Shown piece by piece: positions 56,018 to 64,000 of a DNA stretch of 64,000 bases. The notes below the pieces were generated by a model that was given only the letters and a program-made list of their open reading frames with translations, was not told the DNA's origin and did not search any database. The stretch spans positions 32,001 to 96,000 of the forward strand of contig CATMOE010000003.1 of the NCBI GenBank assembly GCA_950072105.1. Reading direction: 5' to 3'. The DNA comes from an uncultured Dehalococcoidia bacterium. GTDB taxonomy: Bacteria; Chloroflexota; Dehalococcoidia; Lucifugimonadales; UBA3495. A program made the translations under genes and the position numbers. Numbering within the stretch: position 1 is the first letter of the stretch; the number at the start of each line of letters is the position of its first letter.

Positions 56018-57709
56018 GTGACTTCCTACGCCCAACTACATGAAGCTGCTCAGGAATCCCTGGCCGCGTCGACACGGGTGATTGTCCAAGTCGGCCATTG
56101 CAGCCAGGCCGTCGGCGCCACTCAAGTAGCGGAAGCATTGCAAGCCGAGCTGTCCGGACATTCCGGCGTCGAACTGATCATCGCGGGCTGCGACGGGGCC
56201 TGCTTCGCCGCGCCTCAGGTTATCGTGACCACCCCTTCCAACAACATACAACGGTATTCCCAAGTCTCCGTTGGCGACGTTGCAGAATTAACCGCAACCC
56301 TCACTTCCGGCAACACCCCGCAACAAACGGAGCACCCCCCTTTCGTAAAGGGGGGGCGGGGGGATTTAGACTCGTTCTTCGCCGCCCAGACTCGCCTATT
56401 GCTAACTCGATGCGGTTACATCGATCCCACAAGCATCAACGAATACATCGCGTTGGGTGGCTACCGAGGCCTGAACGCTGCCCTATCCCGATCGCCGGAG
56501 GAAGTCATCCAGACGGTCCTGGACGCCGGTTTGCTGGGACGGGGCGGCGCTTACTTCCCGGCGGCTCGTAAGTGGCAGGCGGCCCGGGCGGCCAACGGAT
56601 CGCCCCGGTATCTGGTGGTCAACGCCGAAGAGGGTGAACCCGGCCTGTTTAAAGACCGCCACATCATGGAAGGCGACCCCCACCTGTTGCTGGAAGGGAT
56701 GCTCATCGCCGCCTACGCCACCGGCGCTTCCGAAACGTACATATACATCAATGCCGAAGCCCACCTGAGCGCGCAACGCATTGAAACGGCGATCGGGCAA
56801 GCCCAAGATGCAGGCTTGATCGGCGATAATATCCTGGGTTCCGGTTTCGATTGCCAGGTCACCGTAAGACGCGGCGCGGGCGGCTACGTCTGCGGCGAGG
56901 AGACCACCCTGCTAGACACCATCCAGGGCAACCGCCGTGAGCCTCGCCTGCGTCCTCCCTTTCCTGCCGAATCGGGCCTGTTCCAAAGACCAACAGTCAT
57001 CAACAACGTGGAAACTCTGTCCAACGTGCCAATCATACTTAGTGATACCACCGACCCACCCGTTCGTCCTGAGCCTGTCGAAGGACACGCCGAGGACGCA
57101 TCCCCCGTCCTCCCCCCTTTCGTACAGGGGGGCCGGAGGGGATTTTCGGACCTCGGTCTAGACTCCGCTAAAGGCACCAAGCTGATATGCCTCAGCGGCT
57201 TGGTCCAGCGGCCCGGCTTAGCCGAGGTCCCCATGGGAAGCACCCTACGCCATGTGATCTATGACATCGGCGGCGGCCCTCCGCCCGGCACTGATTTAGG
57301 AGTCGTGGCGGTTGGTGGACCGTCCAGCGGAGTGTTGCCGCCAACCGAACTGGACATGGAATTGCGTCCCGGAATGCTCCATCCGTCTGGTGTCGTTATG
57401 GGCGCCGGGGGAATCATGGTTATAGCAGAAGGCGTCCCGGTCATCGACGTCGTGCGCCAACTGGCTGCTTATAACGCCGCCGAGTCCTGCGGCAAGTGCA
57501 CCCCCTGCCGGGAAGGCACCCCCCGGATGGTGCAGGTTCTGGACCGGCTGGCCTCGGGCAGCGGATCAACCACCGATTTGGAAGAGCTACGCTATCTGGC
57601 GGAAATCATTGGCGCGGCATCCCTGTGCGGCCTGGGACAGATGTCCGGCGGACCCATCAACAGCGCCTTGCACTTCTTCGGAGATGAACTGGCTCGATTG
57701 ATTAGCTAA
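56018..57709 (+). CDS. NuoF/FdsB-like NAD(H)/FMN-binding subunit
   Basis: GLLGRGGAYFP, NAEEGEPG, GAGGYVCGEET, NNVET, ESCGKCTPCREG, SLCGLG. Confidence 0.92.
   Translation: MTSYAQLHEAAQESLAASTRVIVQVGHCSQAVGATQVAEALQAELSGHSGVELIIAGCDGACFAAPQVIVTTPSNNIQRYSQVSVGDVAELTATLTSGNTPQQTEHPPFVKGGRGDLDSFFAAQTRLLLTRCGYIDPTSINEYIALGGYRGLNAALSRSPEEVIQTVLDAGLLGRGGAYFPAARKWQAARAANGSPRYLVVNAEEGEPGLFKDRHIMEGDPHLLLEGMLIAAYATGASETYIYINAEAHLSAQRIETAIGQAQDAGLIGDNILGSGFDCQVTVRRGAGGYVCGEETTLLDTIQGNRREPRLRPPFPAESGLFQRPTVINNVETLSNVPIILSDTTDPPVRPEPVEGHAEDASPVLPPFVQGGRRGFSDLGLDSAKGTKLICLSGLVQRPGLAEVPMGSTLRHVIYDIGGGPPPGTDLGVVAVGGPSSGVLPPTELDMELRPGMLHPSGVVMGAGGIMVIAEGVPVIDVVRQLAAYNAAESCGKCTPCREGTPRMVQVLDRLASGSGSTTDLEELRYLAEIIGAASLCGLGQMSGGPINSALHFFGDELARLIS
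56335..56367 (+). repeat. Palindromic repeat in frame within the NuoF-like gene
   Basis: CCCCCCTTTCGTAAAGGGGGGGCGGGGGGATTT encodes PPFVKGGRGD. Confidence 0.85.
57059..57147 (+). repeat. Composite in-frame insert: CCTGAGCCTGTCGAAGG element plus C6/G6 palindrome
   Basis: Encodes PVRPEPVEGH..LPPFVQGGRRGF between NNVETL and GTKL. Confidence 0.75.
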
Positions 57710-57733
57710 AATCGGGACTAGGGGAATAATCGC

Positions 57734-60586
57734 ATGACCACCACCCTAACCATAGACGACAAATCCGTAACCGTTCCCGACGGTGGCAGTGTCCTGGACG
57801 CCATAAACGCTTCGGACATCTACATATCTCAGCTATGTAAAGACCCGGACATGAAGGCCATCGGCGCTTGCCGCACCTGCCTGGTGCAGATCGACGGCGT
57901 CCGCGGCTTTCCCGCCTCATGCTCCGTACCCGCCACTGAAGGAATGGTGGTCCAAACCGATTCGGATGATGCCCGCCGCATCCGCTCCGGCGTCATAGAA
58001 TTAACAATGGCGATGCTACCACAACCTGCGAAAAACCCCCCTTTCGTAAAGGGGGGTTGGGGGGATTTCGGCCAATTAACCACCGCCGCCCAACACCACG
58101 GCATCCAATCGCCCCGCTGGCAGTCCCGCCCACGTGAAGAGACCGACGAAAGCAACCCGGTCTTCAACATCGCCATGGAGTCTTGCATCCTCTGCGGCCG
58201 CTGCGCTCAGGCCTGCCAGGAAGGCCACCAGTTCATCGGCGCCATCGACTTCCTGGGCGCCGGCGCTAACAGCCGCATCGGCACCTTCATGGACAAACCC
58301 CTGGTCGAATCCATCTGCACCACTTGCGGGCAATGCCTGTCCGTCTGCCCTACCGGGGCGATTCAGACCAAAGAGCAGTCAGCAGTCAGCAGTCAGCAAT
58401 CAGCAACCGAAGGTGGTCCCCCGACCGCTGACAAGCTGACCGCTGACTGCTTACGCTCCGTTTCCACCACCTGCCCCTACTGTGGCGTGGGCTGCGGAAT
58501 CAAGATTCAGGTCGGCGATGGGGATCAATTCGTTGAGGTCCTAGACGACCCGGAGAACCTCTCCAGTGTCGGCATGCTATGCGTTAAAGGGCGTTTCGGC
58601 ACAAGCTTCGTCCATCATCCCGACCGGTTGACTACGCCTCTGATCAAAGAAGGCGGGGAATTCCGGCCGGCGACCTGGGACGAGGCTCTGGACCTGATCG
58701 CCGAGCGACTGACCCATTACCGAGGTAGCTCTTTTGGCACCCTTTGCTCGGCCAAAGCCACCAATGAAGACGGCTACATCCAGCAGAAGTTCTCTCGTCT
58801 GCTGATGCAGAGCAACAACATCGACCACTGCACCCGCCTCTGCCACTCGCCGTCCGTCGAGGCCATGCTCACGTCCCTGGGCAGCGGGGCCACCAGCAAC
58901 TCCTATACCGACTACGAGGATGCGGGTTGCCTGGTCGTTATCGGCTGCGACCCAACGTCCAACCACCCGGTAGCTGCCTCCCGGATGCGCCGTGCCGTGG
59001 TGGAGCGAGGTGCCAAGCTCATCGTCGTAAACCCTCGCCGCATCGACATGTGCGACTATGCCGATCTGTGGCTGCGGGCTCACCCAGGCACCGACGTGGC
59101 TCTGCTAAACGGCATGGCCCAGGTCATTCTGGACGAGGGGCTCCAGGACCAAGCATTTGTAACCAACCGCACCGAAGGATTTGAGGAGTGGGCCAAAGTG
59201 GTGGAGTCCTACACCCCAGACCGTGTCGAAGAAATAACCGGCGTTCCCGCCGAGGACATCCGCCAAGCCGCCCGATTCTACGCCCAACCCCCGGCGCCAT
59301 CGACTCCCCCCTTTGGTAAAGGGAGGTCAGGGGGGATTTCCCCCGGCTCCTGCCTTATTTGGGGAATGGGCATCACTCAGCACACCAATGGCACCGCTAA
59401 CGCCCACGGTCTGCTCAACCTGTCGTTGCTGGCCGGTCAACTGGGTAGGCCTGGCTCGGGCATCTCTCCCTTGCGGGGTCAAAACAACGTTCAGGGCTGC
59501 GGCGACGCCGGCTGTTTGCCCAACGCCATGCCCGGCTATCAGGTCCTGGGCCAAGAAACCGTGGCCAAATTCCAGGATGCCTGGGGTGGGCACGGGTTCC
59601 CTGAAGAGCACGGTCTGGTCATCACTGAGATGGTCGACTCCATGAAAGAGCCTACCGGCATCAAGGCCATGTACATCACGGGTGAGAATCCCTTGCTCAG
59701 CGAGCCGGACCTGAATCACGCTCAAGAGATGTTCGAGAGCCTGGAGTTCCTGGTGGTTCAGGACATCTTCATGCACGAGACTGCCCTGATGGCCGACGTG
59801 GTGCTCCCCGCCACCAGCTTCGCGGAAAAGGACGGAACCTTCACCAACAGCGAACGCCGCGTGCAGCGGGTGAGGAAAGCGATCGATCCTTTAGGCCAGA
59901 GCCGCCCGGACTGGGAAATCATCAGCGACTTGGCCAAGCGGATGTGCCAAAAATTGGAACTGGACTTTGCTGACCAGTTCGACTACAGCCATCCGTCCCA
60001 AATCTTCGACGAGATGGCTCGCCTGACGCCGATCATATCTGGCATAACCTATGACAGGCTGGACCGGGAAGGCGGCATCCAATGGCCTTGTCCCACAACC
60101 GACCATCCGGGCACGCCCTACCTTTACGCCGACAGCTTTCCCCGAGGTCCCCGGGCCCTCTTCGTTCCCTTTGAGCAAGGGCCCTTGGCCGCCGAAATGC
60201 CCAACCGGCGCTTCCCATTGATTCTCAACACGGGAAGGCTCCTGTATCACTGGCACGGCGGCACCATAACCCGGCGGGTAACGAACCTGATGGCGCGTTC
60301 CCCGGAGCTTCAGATAGCGATAAGCCCGCAAGACGGCCAGAAATACGGCATCGAAGACGGACAGATGATCCGGGTCTCCTCCCGCCGCGGCCAGCTAACC
60401 GGCCGGGCGCTGCTCACCGACCGGGAGAACCCCGGAGGCATCTTCATCCCCTTCGTAAAACTTTCCGAATCAGCCGCCAACTTTCTAACCAACGCCGCCT
60501 ACGACCCCACCTCCAAGATCCCCGAGTATAAGGTTTGTGCGGTGAAGGTTGAGGTGGTGGAAGAGGAAGGCGGTCGTGTGATTTAG
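57734..60586 (+). CDS. fdhA: Formate dehydrogenase alpha subunit (Cys form, FdsA/FdhF-like)
   Basis: N-terminal Fe-S motifs, CPYCGVGC, LCVKG, NNIDHCTRLCH, LRGQNNVQG, EKDGTFTNSERRVQ, IPEYKVCAV. Confidence 0.93.
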   Translation: MTTTLTIDDKSVTVPDGGSVLDAINASDIYISQLCKDPDMKAIGACRTCLVQIDGVRGFPASCSVPATEGMVVQTDSDDARRIRSGVIELTMAMLPQPAKNPPFVKGGWGDFGQLTTAAQHHGIQSPRWQSRPREETDESNPVFNIAMESCILCGRCAQACQEGHQFIGAIDFLGAGANSRIGTFMDKPLVESICTTCGQCLSVCPTGAIQTKEQSAVSSQQSATEGGPPTADKLTADCLRSVSTTCPYCGVGCGIKIQVGDGDQFVEVLDDPENLSSVGMLCVKGRFGTSFVHHPDRLTTPLIKEGGEFRPATWDEALDLIAERLTHYRGSSFGTLCSAKATNEDGYIQQKFSRLLMQSNNIDHCTRLCHSPSVEAMLTSLGSGATSNSYTDYEDAGCLVVIGCDPTSNHPVAASRMRRAVVERGAKLIVVNPRRIDMCDYADLWLRAHPGTDVALLNGMAQVILDEGLQDQAFVTNRTEGFEEWAKVVESYTPDRVEEITGVPAEDIRQAARFYAQPPAPSTPPFGKGRSGGISPGSCLIWGMGITQHTNGTANAHGLLNLSLLAGQLGRPGSGISPLRGQNNVQGCGDAGCLPNAMPGYQVLGQETVAKFQDAWGGHGFPEEHGLVITEMVDSMKEPTGIKAMYITGENPLLSEPDLNHAQEMFESLEFLVVQDIFMHETALMADVVLPATSFAEKDGTFTNSERRVQRVRKAIDPLGQSRPDWEIISDLAKRMCQKLELDFADQFDYSHPSQIFDEMARLTPIISGITYDRLDREGGIQWPCPTTDHPGTPYLYADSFPRGPRALFVPFEQGPLAAEMPNRRFPLILNTGRLLYHWHGGTITRRVTNLMARSPELQIAISPQDGQKYGIEDGQMIRVSSRRGQLTGRALLTDRENPGGIFIPFVKLSESAANFLTNAAYDPTSKIPEYKVCAVKVEVVEEEGGRVI
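58036..58069 (+). repeat. Palindromic repeat in frame within fdhA
   Basis: CCCCCCTTTCGTAAAGGGGGGTTGGGGGGATTTC encodes PPFVKGGWGDF; identical to the intergenic copy at 28257. Confidence 0.9.
58374..58452 (+). repeat. Heptamer tandem repeat with inverted partner, in frame within fdhA
   Basis: (AGCAGTC)3-AGCAATC-AGCAACC followed by GCTGAC-type inverted units. Confidence 0.8.
59304..59340 (+). repeat. Palindromic repeat in frame within fdhA
   Basis: CTCCCCCCTTTGGTAAAGGGAGGTCAGGGGGGATTTC encodes PPFGKGRSGGI. Confidence 0.8.
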
Positions 60587-60650
60587 GAGGCTGAAAGCCG
60601 CACGTAACTCGAAGCGTTGGGCCTCTACGTCAATCGCCAAGAAGGCATTA

Positions 60651-61610
60651 ATGACCCGTCAAAAAACCCACGATCTATACGATTTCATGCGGCAGATAAG
60701 CGATGAAATGTCTGCTGAGTACAACCGTATACAGATGCGAGCCACCGAAGATCCCGGAACAGCGGGAGACCAAGGCGAAGAGAATTGGGCGGAGTTATTG
60801 CGAGACTGGCTTCCGCTGACCTATGAGGTAGTTACCAAAGGCCGCATTATCAGCCAAGAGAGCGTAACCAGTCCTCAGATTGATGTGCTTGTCATAAAGG
60901 GCTCATATCCAAAGAAGCTCCTAAATAAAAAACTCTATCTCGCTGCTGGGGTCGCCGCTGCGTTTGAGTGCAAGACAACGCTGAATTCGTCGCACATTGT
61001 CAAGGCTCTTGAAAACTGCACAAAAATCAAGAGTCTATACCCGGAACGGACTGGAACACCCTATAAGGAATTGCATTCACCCCTCGTTTATGGCCTGCTA
61101 GCTCACTCGCATGCCTGGAAAGGCGAGAAATCCACCCCCGAACAGAACATCCAGCGAAAACTACATGAGGCCGATTCCTTGAGCGTATTCCATCCTCGTG
61201 CGCAACTCGACCTTCTGTGTGTCGCGGACCTTGCCGCATGGACATCTTCGAAGATGACTTTCATAGGTCCACGCCAAGTACCCGACTGGTCAACGTTGGC
61301 ACCAGTTTATGGGCCGAAAGGTTCAGCAACCAGTGCGTACGCAGGCCACACTCGTGCGATCAAAAAGCAGGTCGAGCAGTTAACTCCTATCGGTGTTCTT
61401 ATCTCGTATCTCTCACAAAAGCTTGCGTGGGAAGACCTATCGCTGCGTGACCTAGCCGATTACTACCGTATGACGAATATCGCAGGGTCTGCAGAGGGGT
61501 ACATGCGAGTGTGGTCCAGTTCGATCTATAGCGACGAGGTACGTCCGCGTCTGGAGGCGGGCATGCTGTCGAGCGGGAAATCTTGGGATGAATGGCGCCA
61601 ATTCTTCTAA
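60651..61610 (+). CDS. Restriction-endonuclease-like protein (DUF6602-like PD-(D/E)XK)
   Basis: GDQGEENW..LL..WLP..V.KG.I...SPQIDVLV..AAFECKT. Confidence 0.6.
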   Translation: MTRQKTHDLYDFMRQISDEMSAEYNRIQMRATEDPGTAGDQGEENWAELLRDWLPLTYEVVTKGRIISQESVTSPQIDVLVIKGSYPKKLLNKKLYLAAGVAAAFECKTTLNSSHIVKALENCTKIKSLYPERTGTPYKELHSPLVYGLLAHSHAWKGEKSTPEQNIQRKLHEADSLSVFHPRAQLDLLCVADLAAWTSSKMTFIGPRQVPDWSTLAPVYGPKGSATSAYAGHTRAIKKQVEQLTPIGVLISYLSQKLAWEDLSLRDLADYYRMTNIAGSAEGYMRVWSSSIYSDEVRPRLEAGMLSSGKSWDEWRQFF

Positions 61611-61741
61611 TTCCAGAGCTAGCCGTTTGTCAGGACGCTCTTTCATCTCCATTTAGATTAGATTTTCTGGTCTCCCGCTTGCCACCCTCCCCGTATCAGG
61701 GTATAAATACTGCTGGAACCATCCCCATGAGGAGCGTACCA

Positions 61742-63529
61742 ATGAGCGAAAATTCCTCCCAGAGCACTCGAGGTAGTCAGGGCGAGTTTTCTCACCGTCC
61801 CATGGTCTGGGGCACGCAGGGTATGGTGGGGGCGGGTACTCAGCTCACCGCCCAGGCCGGGATGCGCATATTGTGGCAGGGGGGCAACGCCGTTGATGCC
61901 GCCGTGGCTACGGCCCTGGCCGCCGGCGTTCTGGAGCCCACCGCCCACTACTCTTTGGGCGGTGAGGTGGCCATGCTCTTCTACGAGGCATCCACTAAGA
62001 AGGTGCGCTCGGTGGTGGGGCAAGGTTGGGCGGCCCAAGCGGCCACTGCAGAATACTATCAGCAGCAATGGGGAGAAATTCCGTCAGGAGTGTTGAGCAC
62101 GACGGTGCCAGGCGTGATTTCGGCCCTCCTGGCCATGCAGGCCAGTTACGGGACCATGAGCTTCGGCCAGGTGGTCGAAAGTGCCCTGTCCTTTGCCCGT
62201 GACGGTTTCCCCGCGTATCAACTCCTGTGCCGGGCCATCGCGACTTCGGAACGCACGGCCAACATCCAGAAATACCCGGAGTCAGCCGAGATCTATCTGC
62301 CCGGCGGAACCCCCCCGGTTTTGGGCAGCATGTTCGTTCAAAAAGACCTGGGCCGGACATTGTCATTGATGGTCCAAGCCGAACAGCAGGCCTTGGTGGG
62401 CCAGGGCTCCGATCGGGAAACGGCCATCAACGCCGCCCGTGACGTCTTCTACAAGGGCGACGTGGCCCGCCGCATGGTGGCGGCATTGGCCGACTTGGGC
62501 GGTCTGTACACCTACGACGACTTCGCCGAGTTCGAATCTCCCCACGAGGAGCCCATCTCCGCCACCTACCGGGATTACGAGATTTTCACCAACCGCACCT
62601 GGACGCAAGGTATAAGCCTGTTGCAGGCGTTGAAGATCCTGGAAGGGTACGACCTGGCGTCCATGGGCCACAACAGTTCCCAGGCGATACATCTGCAAGT
62701 AGAGGCGCTGAAGTTGGCATTCGCCGACCGGGAGCGCTACGCCGGAGACCCGGCCTTTGTCGACGTGCCGGTGGACGGCCTGGTGTCCAGCGAATACGCC
62801 GCCCTACGCCGCGGCCTTATCGACCCCCACAAGGCTCAGGCAAGTTACCCGCCGGGCGACCCTAAGGGCATGCACGCGGTACTGCCAGGTCACCAGTCCA
62901 AGGAAACAGCAGCCATGGCCGGAGCGGCGGGCGGCGACGAGGACGGCACCACCTACCTGTCCACCGTGGACAGCCAGGGCAATCTGGTGTCGGTCACCCC
63001 CAGCAGCTTCGCCGGACTGGCTCAAGGGATGATTCTTGGGGACACCGGCATCCTGATAAACACACGCGGATGCTACTTCTGGCTGGACCCGGACAATCCC
63101 AACTGTATCGCGCCCCACAAGCGGCCGCGAACCACCCCTTGCACCTTCATCGTGCTCAAGAATGGCAAGCCGTTCATGAGCCTGGGCACTCCCGGCGGCG
63201 ACAGCCAGGCCCAATGCGACCTGCAGGTGCTGTCTAATATCGTGGACTTTGGACTGAACGTCCAGGAAGCGGTGGAGGCGCCCCGGTTCTGCGGCTACAG
63301 CTTCCCGCTGTCACCCTGGCCTCACAAAGAGGCACCCAATCGTCTGGTCTTGGAGGAACGCATATCCTCCAGCGTCGCCGACGCCCTGCGGGACGACGGC
63401 CACGACGTCGAGATAACCGGCCCATGGGGTGTCTCCAACGGCTTCGCGCCTATACTTATGGACCCTGACACCGGCGTATACCACGGCGGCGCCGACCCCC
63501 GCAAAGAATCGGTGATGCTAGGCTGGTAA
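61742..63529 (+). CDS. ggt: Gamma-glutamyltransferase family Ntn hydrolase (second paralog)
   Basis: GGNAVDAAVA, KLAFADRE, GTTYLSTVD, PHKRPRTTP, GTPGGDSQ, GGADPR; AGGAG before ATG 61742. Confidence 0.93.
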   Translation: MSENSSQSTRGSQGEFSHRPMVWGTQGMVGAGTQLTAQAGMRILWQGGNAVDAAVATALAAGVLEPTAHYSLGGEVAMLFYEASTKKVRSVVGQGWAAQAATAEYYQQQWGEIPSGVLSTTVPGVISALLAMQASYGTMSFGQVVESALSFARDGFPAYQLLCRAIATSERTANIQKYPESAEIYLPGGTPPVLGSMFVQKDLGRTLSLMVQAEQQALVGQGSDRETAINAARDVFYKGDVARRMVAALADLGGLYTYDDFAEFESPHEEPISATYRDYEIFTNRTWTQGISLLQALKILEGYDLASMGHNSSQAIHLQVEALKLAFADRERYAGDPAFVDVPVDGLVSSEYAALRRGLIDPHKAQASYPPGDPKGMHAVLPGHQSKETAAMAGAAGGDEDGTTYLSTVDSQGNLVSVTPSSFAGLAQGMILGDTGILINTRGCYFWLDPDNPNCIAPHKRPRTTPCTFIVLKNGKPFMSLGTPGGDSQAQCDLQVLSNIVDFGLNVQEAVEAPRFCGYSFPLSPWPHKEAPNRLVLEERISSSVADALRDDGHDVEITGPWGVSNGFAPILMDPDTGVYHGGADPRKESVMLGW

Positions 63530-63591
63530 CCCCTGATAGCTGAGTGCCCCGATACAATTGAGGCTGACAGCTAGCGAACGAGGAGCGTTTC

Positions 63592-64000
63592 GTGACTACA
63601 CCCACTCCAGAAGAGGCCCGCACTCAGATCGTCAATATGGTCCGCGACTTTGTTCGCCGGGACGTCGAGCCCGTCGCCGATCGGCTTGATCGGGAAGACA
63701 TTGTTCCCCACGACCTCATCGACAAGATGAAGGACCTGGGTCTTTTCGGAATAACCGTGCCTGAAGAGTACGGCGGTCTGGGGCTGGACTACACGACCTT
63801 CGCCAGTATCTTCGAAGAGCTTTCCAAAGGGTTCATGAGTATCAGCGGGGCCATCGGCACCCATCACATATTGACCTACGTGCTCACCCATTTCGGGACC
63901 GAGGAGCAGAAGCGCCAATTTCTTCCCGACCTGGCCAGCGGTAAAAAGCGTGGCGGTTTAGCCTTGACCGAGCCTAGTGGCGGCACCGACGTGGCCAATC
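63592..64000 (+). CDS. Acyl-CoA dehydrogenase, 5' part (runs off the window)
   Basis: GTG after AGGAG; VRDFV..LGLFGITVPEEYGGLGLD..FGTEEQKRQFLP..LALTEPSGGTDVA. Confidence 0.92.
   Translation, partial: MTTPTPEEARTQIVNMVRDFVRRDVEPVADRLDREDIVPHDLIDKMKDLGLFGITVPEEYGGLGLDYTTFASIFEELSKGFMSISGAIGTHHILTYVLTHFGTEEQKRQFLPDLASGKKRGGLALTEPSGGTDVAN

Noticed and set aside
58855..58873. Fossil SECIS after the FdhA Cys codon
   Set aside because: Only a weak bulged stem that does not match the geometry of the two UGA hairpins.

Overview
Bacterial chromosomal segment. The gene content (archaellin-type filament genes, Val/Glu-repeat lipoprotein solute-binding protein, two GGTs, penicillin acylase, AOR, NAD-linked formate dehydrogenase) suggests Chloroflexota, possibly Dehalococcoidia/SAR202; this is an inference. 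Highlights: (1) Two genes have an in-frame UGA at the second position of a CxxC-type motif, each followed by a hairpin of identical geometry (6-bp CTC..GAG stem starting at +11, 5-nt xGGxx loop). They are a BtuF-like cobalamin-binding protein and a class III nucleotide cyclase with an N-terminal Cys-rich domain that the ORF track misses. Both are candidate selenoproteins. (2) An ~8 kb co-oriented HK97-type head operon (protease, capsid, accessory proteins, connector) has no portal, terminase, tail tube or integrase, and has a host-type promoter; it is GTA-like/domesticated or a prophage relic. (3) Two tandem archaellins lie next to a two-component cluster. (4) A short palindromic repeat family occurs between genes and also in frame inside NuoF-like and FdhA genes. 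(5) comEA and comEC are both interrupted and separated by a two-gene HEPN cassette. (6) A cobalamin riboswitch leads a HutX-like gene and a cobB/O/T/S-cbiB-cobD cluster. Three single-base frameshifts fall in short mononucleotide runs and may be sequencing errors. No rRNA, tRNA or CRISPR array was recognised. All family assignments come from motif recognition by eye; no searches were run.
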